Positions 21,048 through 29,620 of a stretch of 64,000 nt of DNA are shown in pieces (positions within the stretch are counted from its first letter, which is position 1; every line of letters starts with the position of its first letter). The notes below the pieces were generated by a model that saw nothing but the letters and a program-made list of their open reading frames with translations, searched no databases and had not been told where the DNA came from. Origin of the DNA: an uncultured Gammaproteobacteria bacterium (GTDB lineage: Bacteria; Patescibacteriota; Patescibacteriia; UBA9934; CAMTUG01); NCBI GenBank assembly GCA_964588955.1, contig CAZPQJ010000001.1, positions 10,155-74,154 of the forward strand. The letters run 5' to 3'. The position numbers were made by a program, and so were the translations under genes.

Positions 21048-21243
21048 TTCAGATCAGACTCCGGTTGTGCCTATCCTTTTTGGAGGTAGAGGCGTGTGGA
21101 CGAAGATAGCAGCCTGAAAAGTCGACTTTGACAATCCCTTGACCAAAATCCGACGTTTAGCTATACTCCCAGCGTTCAGAAATCAACGATACGGCATCCA
21201 TGTTTGGTACTTCGGATTTCGTATTTAAGCATTTTCTCAAGCT

Positions 21244-21471
21244 ATGGCACTTCCGATTAAGCATCACAACAAACATTCTAAAGGGAACCGTCGCTCCCAC
21301 CACGCCCTCAAAAAGGTGAACCTCACCAAATGCGGGAAGTGTGGAGAACCGATCAAGCCCCACTACATGTGCAAGGCTTGCGGCAACTACAACGGTCGCA
21401 CGGTGGTCAACACCGGAGCCCGCGCGGAGAAGACCTTGAAGAAAAAGGCTCCTGCCAAAAAAGAAGCCTAA
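21244..21471 (+). CDS. rpmF: 50S ribosomal protein L32 (Zn-ribbon type)
   Basis: [29 protein letters not shown]. Confidence 0.95.
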   Translation: MALPIKHHNKHSKGNRRSHHALKKVNLTKCGKCGEPIKPHYMCKACGNYNGRTVVNTGARAEKTLKKKAPAKKEA

Positions 21472-21505
21472 GCGCTTCTTTTTTGCTATACTTGACTCGT
21501 TCTTT

Positions 21506-21961
21506 ATGTCTAATCGCCATCTTTCGCGTACCATCGCCATGCAGTCACTCTATGAGTGGGATTTTTCCAGCTCGCCCATGGAACGGCTATCAGAAATTGT
21601 CGCCTACAACAAAGCGGAGTTCGCTCCCGATTTTGACGACGGTGGGTATATTTTAGAAACCGTTAATCAAGTTGCTCAACGTCAAAAGGAGTTGGATACC
21701 ATTATTACCCAATTTGCCCCGGACTGGCCGATTGCCAACATGACGGTGATTGATCGCAATATTTTGCGTCTTGGCACCTACGAGCTGAAATATAATTTGG
21801 CTATTCCTTCCAAGGTGGCGATCAACGAAGCGATTGAACTAGGTAAAACGTTTGGGGGAGACGCCTCTGGTAAGTTTGTGAACGGCGTACTCGGAGCGAT
21901 TTTTAAAGACATGGTTGCTAATGGCCAATTGAAAGGGGTCGATGCGGTTAAAGAAGAATAA
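21506..21961 (+). CDS. nusB: Transcription antitermination factor NusB
   Basis: [40 protein letters not shown]. Confidence 0.96.
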   Translation: MSNRHLSRTIAMQSLYEWDFSSSPMERLSEIVAYNKAEFAPDFDDGGYILETVNQVAQRQKELDTIITQFAPDWPIANMTVIDRNILRLGTYELKYNLAIPSKVAINEAIELGKTFGGDASGKFVNGVLGAIFKDMVANGQLKGVDAVKEE

Positions 21962-21964
21962 TCT

Positions 21965-22681
21965 ATGGACGAACAAGAAAAAAATCCTATGGAGCGGGAT
22001 TTGAGCGGCTTGGAAGCGGCGATCGGCGTGGCGTTTAAGAATAAGGAATTGATTCGCCAGGCGGTGGTGCATCGCTCGTATTTGAATGAGCACCCCGATT
22101 TTCCGCTAGGTCAAAACGAGCGCTTGGAGTTTTTGGGCGATGCTGTTCTTGAGCTTGTGGTGACGGAGCACTTATTTAACACGTACAACAACCCGGAGGG
22201 GGAGCTCACTAACTGGCGGGCGGCACTGGTCAACGCGGATATTTTGTCGGCCATTTGTAAGGCCATTGGAGTAGAGCCGTATTTGTACTTGTCGCGCGGG
22301 GAACAAAAAGATGCGGAGAGTAAAGCCCGTCGTTACATTTTGGCGAACGCGTTTGAGTCGGTGGTGGGAGCGATTTATTTGGATCAAGGCTGGGAGGCCT
22401 CGAAGACGTTTATCCATCGCTTTGTCCTCGACAAGTTGCCTTACATTATTGAACACAAACTGTACATTGATCCCAAGAGTCGCTTTCAAGAAGCGGCCCA
22501 GTCGCACGCCGGAGTGACGCCGAGTTATCGCGTGATTTCGGAAGAGGGGCCAGATCACCAAAAGTTGTTCGAGGTGGCGGTGATGATCGACAAAGAAGAA
22601 GTGGCTCGAGGCAAAGGCACCAGCAAGCATGAGGCACAAGTCGCCGCCGCCGAAGCCGCGTTGGCGGTGAAGGGGTGGTAA
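21965..22681 (+). CDS. rnc: Ribonuclease III
   Basis: NERLEFLGDAVLEL signature, C-terminal dsRBD. Confidence 0.97.
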   Translation: MDEQEKNPMERDLSGLEAAIGVAFKNKELIRQAVVHRSYLNEHPDFPLGQNERLEFLGDAVLELVVTEHLFNTYNNPEGELTNWRAALVNADILSAICKAIGVEPYLYLSRGEQKDAESKARRYILANAFESVVGAIYLDQGWEASKTFIHRFVLDKLPYIIEHKLYIDPKSRFQEAAQSHAGVTPSYRVISEEGPDHQKLFEVAVMIDKEEVARGKGTSKHEAQVAAAEAALAVKGW

Positions 22682-22724
22682 AAGAAACAAACAAAAAACC
22701 GTCACGACGATCGTGATGGTTTTT

Positions 22725-22801
22725 TGGTGCGGGCGGAGGGATTTGAACCCCCTACCTCCTGGTTCGAAGCCAGGCGCTCTATCCAAATGAGCTACGCCCG
22801 C
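22725..22801 (-). tRNA. tRNA-Arg(TCG)
   Basis: Reverse complement GCGGGCGTAGCTCATTTGGATAGAGC..CCTGG-CTTCGAA-CCAGG..GTTCAAATC..GCCCGCACCA. Confidence 0.95.
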
Positions 22802-22810
22802 ATGGGCGGA

Positions 22811-22854
22811 AGGATACGGAAAATCTTGACGCGCGTCAATTATCTTGGCATACT
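22811..22854. promoter_or_regulatory. Overlapping divergent sigma70-like promoters
   Basis: Plus strand TTGACG-17-CATACT; minus strand TTGACG-17-TATCCT; both -35 boxes lie in palindrome TTGACGCGCGTCAA. Confidence 0.65.
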
Positions 22855-22866
22855 ACCCGCGGATTT

Positions 22867-23004
22867 CGTATTTGTGGTTTGCAGAAAAACTTCAGCTGCA
22901 AGGCACGGGACAGTGAGGGAGGAGACGTACGACCCGTACGTTGACGACCGAGCAGGACCCCGTAACGCAGCAGATGAAGGAATTTCTGCGAACCATCCTA
23001 ATAT
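22867..23004 (+). ncRNA. Candidate rod-shaped structured RNA upstream of tRNA-Lys (family unassigned)
   Basis: Nested pairings TGGTTTGCAGAAA/TTTCTGCGAACCA, CTTCA/TGAAG, GCTGC/GCAGC, ACGGG/CCCGT, ACGTACG/CGTACGT; directly after a promoter. Confidence 0.5.
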
Positions 23005-23079
23005 GCGTCGGTAGCTCAGTGGTAGAGCAGGGGCCTCTTAAGCCCAAGGTCGTGGGTCCGATCCCCACCCGACGCACCA
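23005..23079 (+). tRNA. tRNA-Lys(CTT)
   Basis: GCGTCGGTAGCTCAGTGGTAGAGC..GGGC-CTCTTAA-GCCC..GTGGG-TCCGATC-CCCAC-CCGACGCACCA. Confidence 0.9.
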
Positions 23080-23132
23080 AAAGTCTCTCTGTTTTGACAG
23101 AGAGGTTTTTGTTGCGTACACTGTGCATCATT

Positions 23133-23330
23133 ATGCTAGCGATTTTAATTTTGGCCATTGTTCTTATTGCCGTTCCGGTGCTTGGATTTGTGACGGCTGG
23201 TTGCATCATGCTGTACAAGTGTTTGATGGAAGATGCTCCTGCGGGATTATTTGGCGGACTCATGTTGTCGGTAGGGCTTGGGTTCGTGTTGTTGGGTGTG
23301 TATTTCGGATTGTTGTACGCGCAAGCGTAG
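23133..23330 (+). CDS. Small two-TM hypothetical protein
   Basis: 65 aa from internal ATG, wholly hydrophobic; followed by a bidirectional terminator. Confidence 0.5.
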   Translation: MLAILILAIVLIAVPVLGFVTAGCIMLYKCLMEDAPAGLFGGLMLSVGLGFVLLGVYFGLLYAQA

Positions 23331-23371
23331 AAACAAAAAAAGACCGGCGTGATGCCGGTCTTTTTTTGTTT
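23331..23371. terminator. Bidirectional intrinsic terminator
   Basis: AAACAAAAAAAGACCGGC-GTGAT-GCCGGTCTTTTTTTGTTT between convergent genes. Confidence 0.8.
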
Positions 23372-23374
23372 GCG

Positions 23375-24199
23375 TTAGGTGTGCCGTTCGTAACGGTATT
23401 TGGCGGAACCTTTGGCCACAAGGGCACAGATGAGAAAACAAATGATGGCAGAAAGGACAATTGTTCCACCGCTGGCAAGATTGAAGTAGAACGAGGCCAT
23501 AAGTCCCACGATGGTTGAGACGATAGAAAAAGCCACCGCCCATTCCCAGGTTGCTCTAAATCCTAATCGGAATTGCATTGCCGCCAGGACAGGGATCACC
23601 ATTAACGCGCCGATTAATAACACCCCCACGACGTTCATGGAAATGGCGATGGTGGCGGCACCGAGGACGGCGAGAATGCGGTTAAGTGCTTTGACCGGTA
23701 AACCGTTGGCTTCGGCTGTGTCTTCATCAAGACTCACGGAGAATAGCGGGCGCCACAGCAATAAGGTAACAAGAAAAGCCACGCTGCCAATTACAGCCAC
23801 GGAAAGAATATCCGCCGTGCTTACCGTAATAATGTTGCCGAACAAATAGTTGACGACGTTTACATTTTTGCCGTGGCTGAGTCCTAGCATCACTACTCCG
23901 GCGGCCAAACCGCCAAACAAAAACAGAGAGACGATCGTGTCTGGGGGGAGCACACGTTTTTCGCGCAAGTGTTCAATGCCAAGCACAGAGGCGATAGAAA
24001 CAACGAGCGCGGTGGGAATAGCGGCGGTACCGGCCAGTAAGCTGGCAGCCACCCCGGCAAGCGACACGTGGGCTAAGGTGTCGGCCATAGAGGAATAGCG
24101 GCGTACCACAAAGAAGATGCCAATGGTGGGCGCCACCACAGCTACGATGAGGCCGACGGCCAGCGCGCGGCGCATGAAATCAAGAGCGAGGAAATCCAT
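23375..24199 (-). CDS. znuB: Zn/Mn ABC transporter permease
   Basis: DTLAHVSLAGVA, YLFGNI, VGVLLIGALMVIP. Confidence 0.88.
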   Translation of the reverse strand: MDFLALDFMRRALAVGLIVAVVAPTIGIFFVVRRYSSMADTLAHVSLAGVAASLLAGTAAIPTALVVSIASVLGIEHLREKRVLPPDTIVSLFLFGGLAAGVVMLGLSHGKNVNVVNYLFGNIITVSTADILSVAVIGSVAFLVTLLLWRPLFSVSLDEDTAEANGLPVKALNRILAVLGAATIAISMNVVGVLLIGALMVIPVLAAMQFRLGFRATWEWAVAFSIVSTIVGLMASFYFNLASGGTIVLSAIICFLICALVAKGSAKYRYERHT

Positions 24200-24200
24200 A

Positions 24201-24926
24201 TTAGGTGTCGTGATGCGCTAAAATTTCTTCCCGATCCGGGTGGAACAAATCACGTAGTTTTTCTTGCCCGATCACACAGGCTTTGTGGCCGTGGCAGACA
24301 AGTTGGTGTTTCAAACAAATGGCCGAGCGGGCTTCTTCGGCTACCGTGTGCACATCGTGGGTCACAAAAATGATGGTAAGTCCGCTTTGGTTCAATTTGC
24401 GTAACAGGGCGTAGAAGGCATCGCGTGAAGTGGGGTCGAGTCCGTCGACTGGCTCATCTAAAAACAAGATTTTGGGTTCACGGGCGATGGCACGGGTTAG
24501 CAAAACTTTTTGGCGTTCGCCCCCGGAGAGACGGCTCATGGGGCGCTTCATGAGATGCTGGACGTTCATTTCTTTCACGACGCGTTTCATCACCCGCTCG
24601 TTTAATGCGCCTGAGCGAATCACCTCCTCTACCGTGGCTGGAAATTGAGCATCAAGATTACCCCCGCGCTGTGCGACGTAACCAAGCTGTTCGCGTACGC
24701 GGCGATCCGTTGGTGCGCCGCCAAGAATTTCAATGGCACCGTGGGTTGGACGCATGAGCCCGAGTAGTAAACGCAACAAGGTTGTCTTTCCGCCGCCGTT
24801 TGGTCCGATCACGCCCACGTAATCGCCGGCGCGCACGTCAAAAGAGAAGTCGTGGATAATATCCTCGCCGTTGCGTTCGAAGGTGAGATCTTCGACATGA
24901 ATGACAATGCGGTTTTTTACCGACAT
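24201..24926 (-). CDS. znuC: Zn/Mn ABC transporter ATPase
   Basis: GPNGGGKTTL, LSGGERQK, LDEP, VTHD. Confidence 0.88.
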   Translation of the reverse strand: MSVKNRIVIHVEDLTFERNGEDIIHDFSFDVRAGDYVGVIGPNGGGKTTLLRLLLGLMRPTHGAIEILGGAPTDRRVREQLGYVAQRGGNLDAQFPATVEEVIRSGALNERVMKRVVKEMNVQHLMKRPMSRLSGGERQKVLLTRAIAREPKILFLDEPVDGLDPTSRDAFYALLRKLNQSGLTIIFVTHDVHTVAEEARSAICLKHQLVCHGHKACVIGQEKLRDLFHPDREEILAHHDT

Positions 24927-25816
24927 AGCATTCCTATACGTAGGTTATTGAGATTTTCCTCCATAACAGTCAGATAGGTTTTGCCTTGCGCCATTTCGTC
25001 TTCGTTTAATCCTTCAAGAGGATTGAAGACAAGTGTTTGGGCGCCAACTTCACGTGCGAGTGCTTCAGCAAGCTTTGGGCTCACTAATGTTTCAAAGTAA
25101 ATATACTTGATGTTGTGTTCTTTGGCTATTTGGGTGATGTCAGCTAAGCGTCCGGCGGAGGGTTCGTCTTCGGGAGAAAGACCGGTGATGGGCACCACGG
25201 TAAACTGGTATTCATTTGCGAGATAGGTAAGGGCTGCGTGCGATGTGACAACATAGCGATTATCGCAGTCCGCAAGACCCGTACGATAATTATTGTCGAG
25301 CGCGGAAAGATGTTGTGCGTAGGATTGCGCTTGTTCGGTAAATGGTGTTGTTGCAACGGGGTTCGCTTTGATGAACGTGTCGCGAATAATAGTGATTTCT
25401 TGTGTGGCAAGAACGGGATCAAGCCAGAAGTGCGGGTCGTCATAGTGGGCGTCGATGCTCTGAGACATATTCACGACGCGCGTGCCCTTTGCGGCAACGT
25501 CTTCAGCGATTCGTTCTGCCCAAGCATCTACACCGTTGCCGTTGTAGAGAAACACATCGGCAGCATAGATTGCCTGAAGTTGTTGTGCAGTCGGTTCGTA
25601 ATCGTGCGGTTCTGTTCCTGCTGGAGTAATGGTGTTCACGTTGACTGCCTCGCCACCGACCTGACGAGCAAACTCGGCTAGTGGATAGAAGCTGGCCACA
25701 ACACGGATCGTTTCTTTTGCTGGCGCGTTGGTGGTTGTCGTGTTTGGTCTCAGCAACAGAATGATCACGACGATGAGGACACCGAGAGCAGCAAGGAGAG
25801 GGAGATGTCTACGCAT
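24917..25816 (-). CDS. znuA: Zn ABC transporter substrate-binding protein
   Basis: SFYPL, EPHDYEP, DPHFWLDP, SHAAL.YLA, NPLEGL. Confidence 0.88.
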   Translation of the reverse strand: MRRHLPLLAALGVLIVVIILLLRPNTTTTNAPAKETIRVVASFYPLAEFARQVGGEAVNVNTITPAGTEPHDYEPTAQQLQAIYAADVFLYNGNGVDAWAERIAEDVAAKGTRVVNMSQSIDAHYDDPHFWLDPVLATQEITIIRDTFIKANPVATTPFTEQAQSYAQHLSALDNNYRTGLADCDNRYVVTSHAALTYLANEYQFTVVPITGLSPEDEPSAGRLADITQIAKEHNIKYIYFETLVSPKLAEALAREVGAQTLVFNPLEGLNEDEMAQGKTYLTVMEENLNNLRIGMLCR

Positions 25817-25827
25817 AAGTCAGAATG

Positions 25828-26229
25828 TTACGAGCACTGTGTGCAGCGTCCTTCAAACAAGAGTTGATGGGCGGTGATTTTAATCGGTATCCTTGATGCT
25901 GGTTTTGGATCGGCACAGGGGACGCACTGATAGGTTCCGCAGTTGGTGCACTTTAGATGATCGTGGTGTTTATCGTTGGCGCGTTCGTAGACAGGTTGCT
26001 TGCCATCGTCGAGGGCGATTTGGATGAGCCCGCGTTCTTTTAGGTGGTTGAGATTACGTCGAAGAGTTGTCATGTTGCCCCATTTTGGACCGAGACTGTG
26101 CCAGAGTTGGTTGGCTGTCCAGGCACGGGTCATGGAGAGGAGTTTTTCTAGAAGGGCGTGTTTTTGTTTGGTGGTGCGCTCTGAAATCTCCGTAAAGAGT
26201 TCTTCAATGTCGCAATAGTGTTGTGGCAT
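25828..26229 (-). CDS. Fur-family regulator, probably Zur
   Basis: TTLRRNL..L..GLI, HHDHLKCTNCG, C-terminal CTQC; first gene of znu operon. Confidence 0.8.
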   Translation of the reverse strand: MPQHYCDIEELFTEISERTTKQKHALLEKLLSMTRAWTANQLWHSLGPKWGNMTTLRRNLNHLKERGLIQIALDDGKQPVYERANDKHHDHLKCTNCGTYQCVPCADPKPASRIPIKITAHQLLFEGRCTQCS

Positions 26230-26256
26230 AGGTATTTGATCGACCGCCTACTGTTT

Positions 26257-26282
26257 CTTATTGCATTTCGAAATGCAATAAG
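26257..26282. promoter_or_regulatory. Putative Zur/Fur operator 1
   Basis: Perfect 26-bp palindrome CTTATTGCATTTCGAAATGCAATAAG, 28 nt upstream of regulator start. Confidence 0.7.
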
Positions 26283-26412
26283 GGCGGTGGGAAAGGTGAG
26301 CCGTTTTTTGTCCTTTTTGGTCAACTTTATCTCTTAAATTAGACAAAAGATGGCAGTTTGTGACGAAAATGATCTGTTTTGGCCCCCAAAGTGGGGACGA
26401 AATAAGTATACC

Positions 26413-26438
26413 CTTATTGCATTCTGAAATGCAATAAG
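26413..26438. promoter_or_regulatory. Putative Zur/Fur operator 2
   Basis: CTTATTGCATTCTGAAATGCAATAAG, near-identical second copy. Confidence 0.65.
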
Positions 26439-26656
26439 GAGGGTGGGGGTATCAGCCGAAGGGTATCAAATCCATACTGTCCGCGACCTATGCTCTTCCG
26501 ACCAACACGTTTCCGACCAACTGCCACAACAATGACAACCCGCCCATCTCCTAAAAGGATCCCGTCCGACCCCCAGCCTCTAAAAGGCCTCGAACCGACC
26601 CAGTCCGCCAAGCCTGCTTAACAGATCAGCCCCAATACGCTAGACTAGCAATCACT

Positions 26657-27940
26657 ATGAAGTACTCACGTTTCTTCGGAAAAACTAACAAGAATGCCCC
26701 ACACGATGCCGATTCGGCTAATGCGCGTTTCCTTATTCAAGGAGGCTTTGTTAATCAGCTTGCCGCTGGTATCTATACGTACCTGCCACTCGGTCTGCGC
26801 GTCATTACCAAAATCAAACAGATTGTTCGTGAAGAAATGAACGCCATTGATAGTAACGAAATTTTGATGCCGGCACTTATTCCAAAAGACCCCTGGATGA
26901 CCACGGGGCGTTGGGACAAGATCGATGTTCTGTTTAAGCTTGAAGGAGCCGGAGAAAAAGAATACGCGCTTGGACCAACCCACGAAGAAGTCGTCACGCC
27001 ACTTGTTCAGCAGTTTGTGAAGTCGTACAAAGATCTCCCCGTTTCGGTTTATCAGATTCAAGACAAGTTTCGCAACGAAGCTCGCGCCAAGTCTGGTTTG
27101 CTCCGTGGCCGCGAGTTTGCCATGAAGGACATGTACAGCTTTCATCGTACGTCGGAAGACTTAGAGGCTTACTACGAACGAGCCCAGGGTGCTTACGCCA
27201 ATGTATTTGCCCGCCTTGGCCTCAATGCTATTTTGACCGAGGCATCTGGCGGCGTGTTCTCGAAGTATTCGCATGAATATCAAGTGGCCACGCCGTATGG
27301 GGAAGATTTGATTTATGTTTGCGATGCCTGCGGATCTTCGCAGAACCGCGAGATCACTGAGGCTAAAGACGGCGACAGCTGCGGCAAGTGCGGAAAAGGA
27401 ACGATCAAAGAAGTCAAAGCGATCGAGGTGGGTAACATCTTCAAACTCTCCACCCGTTTCGCCGATGACTTCGGATTTACGACCACAGATGAAGAAGGGA
27501 AACAAGGGCAAGTATGGATGGGCTGCTACGGCATTGGCATCTCGCGCCTTGCAGGGTCGATTGTGGAGATCCATCACGATGATAATGGAATCATTTGGCC
27601 AAAGAGCGTGGCGCCGTTTAGTGTACAGTTGGTGAGCTTGCGGTCGAAAGATGAAGCGGTGATGCAGCGCATTTTGGAGACGGCGGAATCGTTGCATGCG
27701 GACTTGGAAAAAGCGGGTGTGGAAGTGCTGTGGGACGATCGCGAAGCGGCTTCACCGGGAGAGAAGTTCGCCGACGCGGATTTAATCGGTATTCCTCTGC
27801 GCATTGTGGTTTCAGAAAAAACCTTGAAAGAAGAGGCGGTGGAATGGAAAGAACGTCATGTGGCAGATTCGATGCTGGTTAAGCTCGACGACGCCATGGA
27901 AAAAATCTTGAGCTTCGTTAACGAACCCGCCGCGGAATAA
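26657..27940 (+). CDS. proS: Proline--tRNA ligase (compact, without the large editing insertion)
   Basis: AGIYTYLPLG, LGPTHEE, KFRNEARAKSGLLRGREF, IEVGNIFKL, MGCYGIG. Confidence 0.93.
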   Translation: MKYSRFFGKTNKNAPHDADSANARFLIQGGFVNQLAAGIYTYLPLGLRVITKIKQIVREEMNAIDSNEILMPALIPKDPWMTTGRWDKIDVLFKLEGAGEKEYALGPTHEEVVTPLVQQFVKSYKDLPVSVYQIQDKFRNEARAKSGLLRGREFAMKDMYSFHRTSEDLEAYYERAQGAYANVFARLGLNAILTEASGGVFSKYSHEYQVATPYGEDLIYVCDACGSSQNREITEAKDGDSCGKCGKGTIKEVKAIEVGNIFKLSTRFADDFGFTTTDEEGKQGQVWMGCYGIGISRLAGSIVEIHHDDNGIIWPKSVAPFSVQLVSLRSKDEAVMQRILETAESLHADLEKAGVEVLWDDREAASPGEKFADADLIGIPLRIVVSEKTLKEEAVEWKERHVADSMLVKLDDAMEKILSFVNEPAAE

Positions 27941-27946
27941 ATTGTC

Positions 27947-27974
27947 GTGTATAGGCGGGGCTACCACGCCCCGC
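27947..27974 (+). repeat. REP-like hairpin (family with about 7 copies in the window)
   Basis: GTGTATAGGCGGGGCTACCACGCCCCGC, identical at 55267-55294; variants at 13487, 20487, 20785 (minus), 38887, 62857. Confidence 0.75.
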
Positions 27975-28078
27975 TTTTTTGTATTAGGATGGACCCGCTC
28001 TCTATCGATCGCCCAAGCCCGCCGCCGCCATGTTGGCCTACGCGGATCACCTTGATCGTGCCAGAGCTGGAACCCACC

Positions 28079-29170
28079 ATGCCCCGTCCTGAAAACACCC
28101 GTGATGCCCTGGTTGCCCTTCACCAGATCGGCGACGACGTTCTGGCCCGCGAGCTGCCGACCCGCTCCGACCAGCTCCGGCGCTTCCAGTCCAACCCCGA
28201 CGCCTGTCTGAGTGATCTGTGTCGCGGGGTTGAGTGGATCAACGGCTCCATCCAGGATCTTATGGTCACTCCCGACGGCAGGCCGGCCTGGATCGGAAAG
28301 CACCACGACCTCCTGGTTCTGATGGTCGACGGCAAGCCGTGGCCGCTCAGCTTCGATACCGGCGTAAGTCCCACGAGTAGGACTGATGCCGGTATCGTCT
28401 CAGCTGAACTGTTCGGCTTCACCAGCGTTGCTCCTGTTGGTGAACCGATTGTCCTTCTGCGTCACGAAAGTCGTGGCGCTGTGATCTACATTGGCAACAT
28501 GCCGGTGTGGGATGGAAATCTTCACAATGTCGGTGTTCGGATTCTTCCGCACACCCCCGCTCCGACGCTTGTCATTTGGGGGTTGAAGGACGCTGAAGGT
28601 GGGATTGCTGCCCATGCCGAGGCTTTTCTCTGGAAGCCTGTCGCACTCGGTCAACTCGGCTCCTGGTCGAGCGAGATCCTTTCCTGCTTCGGCCTGAGCG
28701 CGGATGAACTGTTCGTCAAGTTCGAACGCCACCAAGGCCTCGGACCGAAGAACGCGAGCAAGCCCCGCGGCCTCCACTCCCTGCGTTTCGGTCGCGAAGT
28801 ACCCATCGATGCAGACGTCCTCGACATCGTGACGGCGAGGGACGGGAGTATGCGTATTCTTGCGCAGAGCCGTGAGTGTGTTCTGGGGATGTACAATTTC
28901 TTTGTGAGTGATGATGGACCCCAAGTGCGGTTCATTGACGATGTTCGGATCCCCGCGCCGTATCGTGGCGGCTACAAGCATATCGATCGATACCCGGCCT
29001 ACAAAGTCGATCTGCGCCATCAGCAGGTAGCCTGGGTCGTCGGACGCAACGTCGTCCAGCCGGCCATGAACCAGGTGACGGATCTGTTCGAACATCCCAT
29101 GCATGGCTGGTGCTACTGGGGGTCGGTTCGACAGCAACTCTTCCTCATGAAAGTCGACTTCGACGAATAA
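28079..29170 (+). CDS. Hypothetical protein (GC-rich orphan, probably beta-rich)
   Basis: Long ORF with C-ending codons; start at MPRPENT assumed. Confidence 0.65.
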   Translation: MPRPENTRDALVALHQIGDDVLARELPTRSDQLRRFQSNPDACLSDLCRGVEWINGSIQDLMVTPDGRPAWIGKHHDLLVLMVDGKPWPLSFDTGVSPTSRTDAGIVSAELFGFTSVAPVGEPIVLLRHESRGAVIYIGNMPVWDGNLHNVGVRILPHTPAPTLVIWGLKDAEGGIAAHAEAFLWKPVALGQLGSWSSEILSCFGLSADELFVKFERHQGLGPKNASKPRGLHSLRFGREVPIDADVLDIVTARDGSMRILAQSRECVLGMYNFFVSDDGPQVRFIDDVRIPAPYRGGYKHIDRYPAYKVDLRHQQVAWVVGRNVVQPAMNQVTDLFEHPMHGWCYWGSVRQQLFLMKVDFDE

Positions 29171-29252
29171 CCGGCGCCACTTCACGGCGCGCGCGACAAC
29201 AAACGACCGACGGCCGCTCTAGGCCATCGGTCGTCGATTTTTTTGTGACACG

Positions 29253-29588
29253 TTACATTTGGGTGGTTGGAGCGGCGGCGGGAGCGGTGGAGGAAGCGCC
29301 GACTTTGCGTTTGCCTTTCAAGGAATCCTTGAGGGCTTTGCCAGCTTTGAATTTTGGCACGGTGACCGAAGGAATATCGATCGTCTCGCTCGGATTTTGT
29401 GGGTTGACCCCTTTGCGGCCGGCACGCTCTCGTGCGGAGAAAGTGCCAAATCCGGCAATGGTCACTTCGCCGCCAGCCACCAATTCGGCAGTGATGATTT
29501 CTTCAAACAATTCCACTACATCTTCAGCGGTTTTTTTGGGGAGGTTTAAGCGTGCGGCAATGCGATTGGCGAGTTCTGCCTTGTTCAT
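29253..29588 (-). CDS. hup: HU family DNA-binding protein
   Basis: MNKAEL..GFGTF..RAGRKGVNPQ..VPKFKAGKALK. Confidence 0.95.
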   Translation of the reverse strand: MNKAELANRIAARLNLPKKTAEDVVELFEEIITAELVAGGEVTIAGFGTFSARERAGRKGVNPQNPSETIDIPSVTVPKFKAGKALKDSLKGKRKVGASSTAPAAAPTTQM

Positions 29589-29620
29589 AGTTGTTCATGA
29601 TAATTTCTCCAAGTCTAGCA

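Noticed and set aside
22941-23330. 129 aa ORF spanning tRNA-Lys
   Set aside because: The 5' part overlaps the tRNA; only the portion from ATG 23133 is plausible.
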